From Candidatus Hadarchaeota archaeon (GTDB lineage: Archaea > CAYQAE01 > CAYVLA01): a stretch of 12,379 nucleotides of DNA. The notes under the pieces were generated by a model. It saw only the letters and a list, made by a program, of their open reading frames with translations, was not told the origin of the DNA and searched no databases. Where the stretch lies: contig CAYVLA010000093.1 of assembly GCA_964452145.1 (NCBI GenBank), forward strand, positions 1 to 12,379. Reading direction: 5' to 3'. The position numbers and the translations under genes were made by a program. Positions 6,637 to 12,379 of this stretch are shown here, in pieces (position 1 is the first letter of the stretch; every line of letters starts with the position of its first letter).

Positions 6637-7962
6637 GTGGCGACGTGCGTCATTGGTCTTGGATACGTTGGGCTAACCCTTTCACTGAAACTGGTCGATT
6701 CGGGAGAAGAGGTCTACGGCCTGGAGAGGAACCCTGAGATCGTACAGAGGCTGTTGCTCGGCAAGCTGCATATCAACGAACCCGGACTCAAACCCCTTCT
6801 GAGCAAGCATCTTGGCAAGGGTTTCGTGCCATCGACGGAGCCCCCTGCCCCCGGCCAGGCCTCAACGCATATCCTATGCGTAAATACCCCCGTCGGGAGG
6901 CGGGCCAGGCCCGATCTCATGCCCCTTAAGGAGGCAGCACGCCAGGTATCGACCTTCATCTCCAGAGGAGATCTTGTCGTAGTTCGATCCACGATTCCGC
7001 CCGGCTGCACTCGATCGGTTGTCCTGCCCCAGCTGGAAAGAAGCAAAATGAGGTGTGGGACGGACCTTTACCTCGCCGTGGCCCCGGAGAGAACTGTCGA
7101 GGGACAGGCCCTCGCCGAACTAGGCAAGTTGCCCCAGATCATCGGGGGCTTGGACCCGCGCAGCGCCCTGAAAGCCAAGAGGTTCTTCGCGAAGATAACG
7201 CCCAAGCTTCGAGTGGTCTCGTCCCTAGAGGCCGCAGAGATGACCAAGCTCCTGGACAACTCCTACAGGTACGCCACCTTCGCAATCGGCAATGAACTCG
7301 GCTTGGCCTGCGAGGCAATGGGACTGGATGGCGAGGAGGTGATAAAGGCCGCGAACTGGCAGTACCCCCGAAACAACATCAAGCTGCCCGGCGCCGGGGT
7401 CGGCGGTGGCTGTCTGCCCAAGGACAGCGCGATCCTGAGGCACGCTATGAGGCGGGCCGGGATCTCGCCCCGCATCTTGGAGGCTGCTAGGCAGGTCAAT
7501 GAAGGCATGCCCTCCAAGGTCCTTCAGCATATCGACGGGTTCCACCAGGAGCACGGCATCAGGCCGCAGGATTCGAAGATCCTCGTGCTGGGCTTCGCCT
7601 TCAAGGGGCGGCCGAAGGTCAACGACACCAGACACTCGCCTGGAGGGGCCCTCTGCCGCATGCTTGTCGAGAAGGGGTACGGCGTGTGGGGCTACGACCC
7701 CGCCGTCGAGACCGAGAAGATCCGGGCCTTCGGCGCCGTCCCGTGCTCCACGGTTGAGGAGGGTTTCTCGAGAGCCACCTGCATCGTTGCGATGAACGAC
7801 AATCCGATGTGGTCCAGACTGGATCTTGATGCCCTTTCACTGCTTCAGTCGAACTCGTCGCTGATCATGGATGGGTGGAGGGTGCTCAGGGAGCCCGGAA
7901 CATCCAAGCCGGGGGTTCGCTTCAGACGGCTTGGAAACGGCAGAGGTGCGCCCACTCAATGA
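6637..7962 (+). CDS. wecC: UDP-N-acetylhexosamine 6-dehydrogenase (WecC/WbpA-type; UDP-glucose/GDP-mannose dehydrogenase family)
   Basis: 441 aa with IGLGYVG, CVNTP, RSTIPPG, PER, AAEMTKLLDN, catalytic Cys in GVGGGCLPKD, ARQVN, GFAFKG and DTRHSP. PER rather than PEF points to the ManNAc/GlcNAc branch; the exact substrate is uncertain. Confidence 0.85.
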   Translation: MATCVIGLGYVGLTLSLKLVDSGEEVYGLERNPEIVQRLLLGKLHINEPGLKPLLSKHLGKGFVPSTEPPAPGQASTHILCVNTPVGRRARPDLMPLKEAARQVSTFISRGDLVVVRSTIPPGCTRSVVLPQLERSKMRCGTDLYLAVAPERTVEGQALAELGKLPQIIGGLDPRSALKAKRFFAKITPKLRVVSSLEAAEMTKLLDNSYRYATFAIGNELGLACEAMGLDGEEVIKAANWQYPRNNIKLPGAGVGGGCLPKDSAILRHAMRRAGISPRILEAARQVNEGMPSKVLQHIDGFHQEHGIRPQDSKILVLGFAFKGRPKVNDTRHSPGGALCRMLVEKGYGVWGYDPAVETEKIRAFGAVPCSTVEEGFSRATCIVAMNDNPMWSRLDLDALSLLQSNSSLIMDGWRVLREPGTSKPGVRFRRLGNGRGAPTQ

Positions 7963-9137
7963 GGATCGGGTTCGTATCGCCCTACTACTACCCCGCCATG
8001 ATAGGCGGCATAGAGTGGTATCTCCATCATGTGACCAGGACGCTTGCGTCGCGCGGACACCAAGTGGCGGTCTACACCACGCGCGGCGACGGGAAGGGGG
8101 GTAGGTTGCCGCCCGAGGAATCAGTACAAGGGGTGGCTGTTCGAAGGTTTTCCGCCCTGGTTGATTCAAGCTATAGGCTCAAGCTCTGGCCCCATCTCCT
8201 GCCCGCACTGTCACGCTCCGATGTGGAGGTGCTCCACGTCTTGGACTATGCACAGTTCCACAACCTCGCCGTCGCGCTGTCCCGGCCATCGGGCTCCTGG
8301 TCGTCGGTCGTGGCGGTGTACGACATCCATTCCGAGATACCGCGGTCACGCCTCAAGTCGGGGCCCATGAAGGCCTTCGACAGGTACGGGGCGAGGTGGG
8401 CCCTTCGCGGATACGACAAGATCCTGGTGAGAACACCCTTCCAGACTGATTTCCTCAGGGGGCTGGGGATCGATGACGGCCGGGTGCAGATCGCACCGCC
8501 GGGACTGGATCCCTTCAACTACGAAGACCCTTCCCGGGACCAGATCGACGACGCGCTCCGGAGATATGCCCCCAACGGCGAGAAGCTGATCCTTTACGTC
8601 GGCAGAATGCACCCGATCAAGGGCATAGACGTCCTTATCAAGGCCACGGCCATCGTTCGCAAGGCCGGGCTGGATGTGAGAACGCTGGTGGTCGGACCCG
8701 ACCCCCACGGTTACCGGGATTCCTTGGCGATGCTCGCCAAGGAACTGGGCATAGCTGAGTGCGTCGTCTTCACAGGGTACCTGGACGAGATCCAGAAGTG
8801 GGTCCTGCAGTCGGTCTGCGACTTGGCGGTTCTGCCCAGCAGCTTCGAGGGCTTCGGCCAGTCCCTGATCCAGGCCATGGCAAGGGGAAAACCGGTCATC
8901 GGGACCAGGGTCGGCGGGATCCCGTGGGTGCTCGAGGACGGGGCTTGCGGGGTCCTGGTGGGATACGGAGACGAGCAGGAGCTTGCCCACGCAATGACTG
9001 AGATCCTTCAGGACGGTCAGCTCGCCCGCAAACTGTCAGATCGCGCGCGTCTGAGGGCGGCGGAGTTCTCCTATCCCAAGCTGGTCGACGATCTGGAGTC
9101 CATCTACAGCTCGCTGGGCAACAAGAGCAGAAGATAG
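7959..9137 (+). CDS. Glycosyltransferase family 4 (GT-B fold, retaining)
   Basis: Start at ATG 7959 (ATGA overlap with the dehydrogenase stop; GAGGTG SD upstream). Motifs MRIGFVSPYY.P..GGIE, GHQVAV, YVGR.HPIKG, EGFGQSLIQAMA.GKPVIGT.VGGI. Confidence 0.92.
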   Translation: MRIGFVSPYYYPAMIGGIEWYLHHVTRTLASRGHQVAVYTTRGDGKGGRLPPEESVQGVAVRRFSALVDSSYRLKLWPHLLPALSRSDVEVLHVLDYAQFHNLAVALSRPSGSWSSVVAVYDIHSEIPRSRLKSGPMKAFDRYGARWALRGYDKILVRTPFQTDFLRGLGIDDGRVQIAPPGLDPFNYEDPSRDQIDDALRRYAPNGEKLILYVGRMHPIKGIDVLIKATAIVRKAGLDVRTLVVGPDPHGYRDSLAMLAKELGIAECVVFTGYLDEIQKWVLQSVCDLAVLPSSFEGFGQSLIQAMARGKPVIGTRVGGIPWVLEDGACGVLVGYGDEQELAHAMTEILQDGQLARKLSDRARLRAAEFSYPKLVDDLESIYSSLGNKSRR

Positions 9138-10066
9138 ACCAGCACGGAGCCTGCGGACAGCATCGCCTCCAGGAGCCAGATCCTGAACACCAGCTGCTTC
9201 TCGGAGGAGGGAAACCTCTTCATCATGAGGTGCACGAAGGCCGAGTAAGGCCCTGGGACAAGTTTTCCGTCCGGGCCGAGCCTCGAATGACCGGTCTGGG
9301 ACTTGGGGGCGAACCGGTTCCTTACCTTGCAGAGCAGCTCTACCAAGTGGGGAGCCAGAATGATCGGCAGGACGACCTCCGCGCGGGCCAAGATGGCTGA
9401 AAGCCCTAGGAGGCCGCCCATCGTCAGCGTTCCGACGTCTCCCGGGAAGGCCCTTGCAGGATACCGGTTGTAGTACAGAAATGCCAGACATCCCCCCAGG
9501 AGGGCGGCGCTTGCGAAAGCCCCATCCGGGATCGACCCCAGAAGCGATATCGCGACAAGCCCCATCGCGGCGATGGCGGTGGTTCCCGACTCCAGACCGT
9601 TGAAGCCTGCAAGGATGTTGACCGCGTTGGCCGATACCGCGACTGCAAGCCCGAGGGCCGCAGGCAGTAGGATCGAGGGCAGAAGACGGGAGACGAGAGC
9701 GGAGGCCTCAGTTCGCAGCAGGTAGAAGACCGAGACGCATAGCACCAGTGTGAGGAGGAACTTCACCCTGCCCCTTATCTCCTTGAGGTCATCGCAGAGG
9801 CCGACGGCCGCCATAGCCATCACGATCAACACCACAATCCACGGCTCCCCCAGAGAGGCTGGCCGGATGACTGCCCCCGCGGCCACCATCAGCCCCGCGA
9901 CCAGGCCGACCCCACCCATCTCCACAACCCTGACCTCGCCGGCCTTGTGCAGATCGATGCCCATCACCCCCCTACCGGCAAGGAAGGGCAGGGCAAGCCT
10001 GGTGGAAATCCAAGTCGCCCCAAAGGCAGCCGCAAAAGATAGGGCGATGATGGATGGCATCTCCAT
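9104..10066 (-). CDS. UDP-GlcNAc:polyprenyl/dolichyl-phosphate GlcNAc-1-phosphate transferase (MraY/WecA/GPT family; archaeal AglH-like)
   Basis: 320 aa, about 10 TMs. Motifs GIDLHK...VVEMGG, GLCDD, NAVNILAGFNGLE (GPT/AglH-type rather than bacterial N..DG.DG) and YNRYPARAFPGDVGT. GAGG SD upstream. Confidence 0.88.
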   Translation of the reverse strand: MEMPSIIALSFAAAFGATWISTRLALPFLAGRGVMGIDLHKAGEVRVVEMGGVGLVAGLMVAAGAVIRPASLGEPWIVVLIVMAMAAVGLCDDLKEIRGRVKFLLTLVLCVSVFYLLRTEASALVSRLLPSILLPAALGLAVAVSANAVNILAGFNGLESGTTAIAAMGLVAISLLGSIPDGAFASAALLGGCLAFLYYNRYPARAFPGDVGTLTMGGLLGLSAILARAEVVLPIILAPHLVELLCKVRNRFAPKSQTGHSRLGPDGKLVPGPYSAFVHLMMKRFPSSEKQLVFRIWLLEAMLSAGSVLVYLLLLLPSEL

Positions 10067-10085
10067 GATGGGTCCTCTCTCGGAT

Positions 10086-10592
10086 CTACCAACGGAAGAG
10101 CTGGCGAAACACTCTTAACTTGTTCAGTATCATCATTGCCCCTGCGATCGTGGCGTTGCGCCTCGCTATGCACCACTCCATAAACTCCACGATCCATTCA
10201 CTTTCCCCCACCGCCTTCACGACGAACCTCGTGACGGTCGGGATCGTGAGGATCAGCCTGACGCTCAGGGCAATCATAAAGGCGATCGAAAGCGACAACG
10301 CGATCAGTGAACTTGCCGCAGGACTGCTTCTCACCACATAGACTCCCCAAGATGTGCCCCTTGATCCCAGGATCGCAACTGCATTGGCAATCTGAAGAAC
10401 CCAGACAACCAGAACCGCCAGGATGAAGCTGGTCACAACCGTCGAGATCGCATGGTCGACCCATGTCCATCCTCCTGCCAAGCGTCTGACGCCGCCCCGG
10501 TCACCGTGACTCCACCCACTCACCAGCGTCCCAAGCCCGTAGAACGCGAGAACCAGAACCACGATTCTGGAGAATAGTGATACATACGTCAT
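10086..10592 (-). CDS. Small uncharacterised membrane protein (~168 aa, about 3 TMs)
   Basis: ATG 10592 overlaps the upstream TGA (ATGA) and has a GGAGG SD 8 nt upstream. Hydrophobic helices are followed by a basic amphipathic C-terminus. Confidence 0.75.
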   Translation of the reverse strand: MTYVSLFSRIVVLVLAFYGLGTLVSGWSHGDRGGVRRLAGGWTWVDHAISTVVTSFILAVLVVWVLQIANAVAILGSRGTSWGVYVVRSSPAASSLIALSLSIAFMIALSVRLILTIPTVTRFVVKAVGESEWIVEFMEWCIARRNATIAGAMMILNKLRVFRQLFRW

Positions 10593-12379
10593 CTGGTGGG
10601 CCTCCTGCCTAGGATCTCTTCCCACTTCCACGGATTCCTACAGGCCAAAGCGGCTATCAGCATCAGCAACCAGCCTACGATCACCTGCAGGAGTCTGTCT
10701 GATCCAATCGCCTGATACAGGATGTACGCCCCGGAGATCATCGGCAGGACGAAGAAGGCAACCATGGCCAGCCGGCTGTTCGCCTTGCTCTGGAGGCGGG
10801 AAGAGAAGCCTGAGACCAGTACGTCAAGGGACTTGATCGCCAGGACTATGATGGCGGCAAGAACGAGAGCCGTCGGAAGCGTCCACAGAGATTTGAGGAT
10901 CTGCAGATCCCCTACCCGGGCAAAGAGTCTGGATATCACCAGAAAAAGGCCCGGCACGACGATCGCGTTGGCTCTTCCCGAACTGCGGGCAAGGACGAAG
11001 AAGGCACCGGCAAAGGCCAAGCTGGCGATCATGCCCCTGCTGAACCAGGTCTCGATGGTTTCATCCCCGGTTGCCGCCATCAGGATTCCTGCAACGGATT
11101 CGTGGAACTGATACTCCAGTGAGATGAGGAAGTTCACGCTCGCCCTAGAGAAGTAGTCTTTGGGCGGGGTATTCGGGGTTTCGCCCGATATGAACCTGAA
11201 CAGCATGGGAGCCATGAGAGGGGTTGACACGAGCAGATATAGCGAAAGCAGGCTGAACAGGACCAATAGGGAGAACGAGACCCTGGCTCTTGATCGGGAT
11301 ACGAATAGCAGCAAGACCACTCCGAGCCCCAGCAGCGCAAAGGCTGCGCGGGGAAAGTTGCCGCCTCCGAAATAGGGACTCACCACGGATATCGCAGTTA
11401 TTCCCTTGCCCAACGGTCCATGCCATCCCAGCGGCATCTTGAGGACGTAGCTAGTCAGAGTATACAGCACGACGCCCGAAACGAAGCAAGTGAAGAAGGA
11501 GAGAACGCAAAGAGCCAGTCTGTTCACCGAGCGAGAGACTCTGTCTCTCAGGTGGAAGGCCAGGTATGCTGCCGCCATTGCAGCAAAGAAGATCGCCAAC
11601 AGCGATAGGCCCACGATGAATACCAGAATCGGGAGAAATGCCCCCCATCCGAGCCCAAAGAGGTTCTGCTTCTTCTTCGCGTCTGCAATCTCGAGGAAAC
11701 GGAGGCTCAGAAACTCCAAGGCTCCGGACGCCGGCAGTTCCCCCAGACTGAGTCCTTCGAAGAAGACCTGGTTCATCGAAAGGGTGGTAGCATCCGTGTA
11801 GATTGGGACTCCCCTTTCCAGGGCAGATTCCAAAATCCTCTTCCACCTCGTATCGTCCTCCGCGAACCTGTAGTCCTGAATGAGTATGAAATCGGCAACG
11901 TTGAACTCAAGCATGAGTTCAAGCGCCCTTTCTGATCCATGAATGACTTTGACCGGGCCGCCGGAGAGATCAAAGACGTAGTTGCCTTGCGGACCGGTCA
12001 CGGCGACGATGTTCACCCTGGGTGAGGGACCCACTATGTAGGATAGACCGACCGTGAAGACCAGAAGCAGGATGAAGCCGAGCAAGACCTGGGATAGACC
12101 AAAACTCTGTGCTCGCCGATCGACAAAGGCCAGAACGTACGACCTGATCCTCTGGGTGTAGCCCATTGAGCCAGCGATCAGAATGATGAGCATCACTGCA
12201 ATGATCAGCCCCAGAAGCTCAAGGGTGGCATTTTCGGTCTCTAGGCTTTCGATGTAGATGAATCCTGAGTACGCCTGGAAAACGTACTGATTCTCGGCCA
12301 CCTCTTCCGGACTGAGGGACGAATACCGGATCTTGGCCCCGGCTGGATAACTGATCGCAACACGTCCCGACACCGGGGC
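10589..12379 (-). CDS. Large uncharacterised polytopic membrane protein (5'-truncated by window edge)
   Basis: The frame stays open to the window end (at least 594 aa). Roughly 12 or more hydrophobic segments with an alpha/beta soluble domain (GPSPRVNIVAV...ADFILIQD...GVPIYTD) between TM blocks. Translationally coupled to the downstream gene. Confidence 0.85.
   Translation of the reverse strand, partial: APVSGRVAISYPAGAKIRYSSLSPEEVAENQYVFQAYSGFIYIESLETENATLELLGLIIAVMLIILIAGSMGYTQRIRSYVLAFVDRRAQSFGLSQVLLGFILLLVFTVGLSYIVGPSPRVNIVAVTGPQGNYVFDLSGGPVKVIHGSERALELMLEFNVADFILIQDYRFAEDDTRWKRILESALERGVPIYTDATTLSMNQVFFEGLSLGELPASGALEFLSLRFLEIADAKKKQNLFGLGWGAFLPILVFIVGLSLLAIFFAAMAAAYLAFHLRDRVSRSVNRLALCVLSFFTCFVSGVVLYTLTSYVLKMPLGWHGPLGKGITAISVVSPYFGGGNFPRAAFALLGLGVVLLLFVSRSRARVSFSLLVLFSLLSLYLLVSTPLMAPMLFRFISGETPNTPPKDYFSRASVNFLISLEYQFHESVAGILMAATGDETIETWFSRGMIASLAFAGAFFVLARSSGRANAIVVPGLFLVISRLFARVGDLQILKSLWTLPTALVLAAIIVLAIKSLDVLVSGFSSRLQSKANSRLAMVAFFVLPMISGAYILYQAIGSDRLLQVIVGWLLMLIAALACRNPWKWEEILGRRPTR

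Noticed and set aside
7875..7958. N-terminal extension of the GT4 ORF
   Set aside because: It overlaps the dehydrogenase; the GT4 fold begins at MRIGFV (7959), which has an SD and ATGA coupling.
3572..8990. Long antisense ORFs such as 3572..4192 and 8346..8990
   Set aside because: They lie entirely opposite well-supported genes and have no motifs; typical high-GC shadow frames.
10086..12379. Somewhat lower GC at the right end suggesting horizontal transfer
   Set aside because: Explained by hydrophobic (T-rich) codons of membrane proteins; there are no mobility genes or boundary repeats.

Overview
GC-rich, probably archaeal sugar-activation and surface-glycan biosynthesis locus. The archaeal call is an inference from an AglH/eukaryotic-GPT-type phosphoglycosyltransferase, GGTGA/GGAGG ribosome-binding sites and TATA-like boxes about 30 nt before starts. 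The window holds two different GHMP-family sugar kinases, two paralogous GalU-like sugar-1-phosphate nucleotidylyltransferases, a WbiB-like NAD-dependent epimerase with a CxxC/CxxC insert, and a WecC/WbpA-type UDP-sugar dehydrogenase. It also holds a GT4 glycosyltransferase, the polyprenyl-phosphate GlcNAc-1-P transferase, and three uncharacterised multi-pass membrane proteins, the last running off the window edge. The most striking point is that kinase 156..1256 carries motifs I recall from plant/vertebrate glucuronokinase (GNPxD, DSGxVH..R.R.LD). With the second kinase and two altered GalU paralogs, this suggests an undescribed 'free sugar or uronic acid -> sugar-1-P -> NDP-sugar' salvage system feeding a lipid-linked glycan pathway. 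A 200-nt convergent intergenic region with pseudoknot-like inverted repeats is a second candidate. No mobile element, CRISPR array, tRNA or rRNA was recognised.
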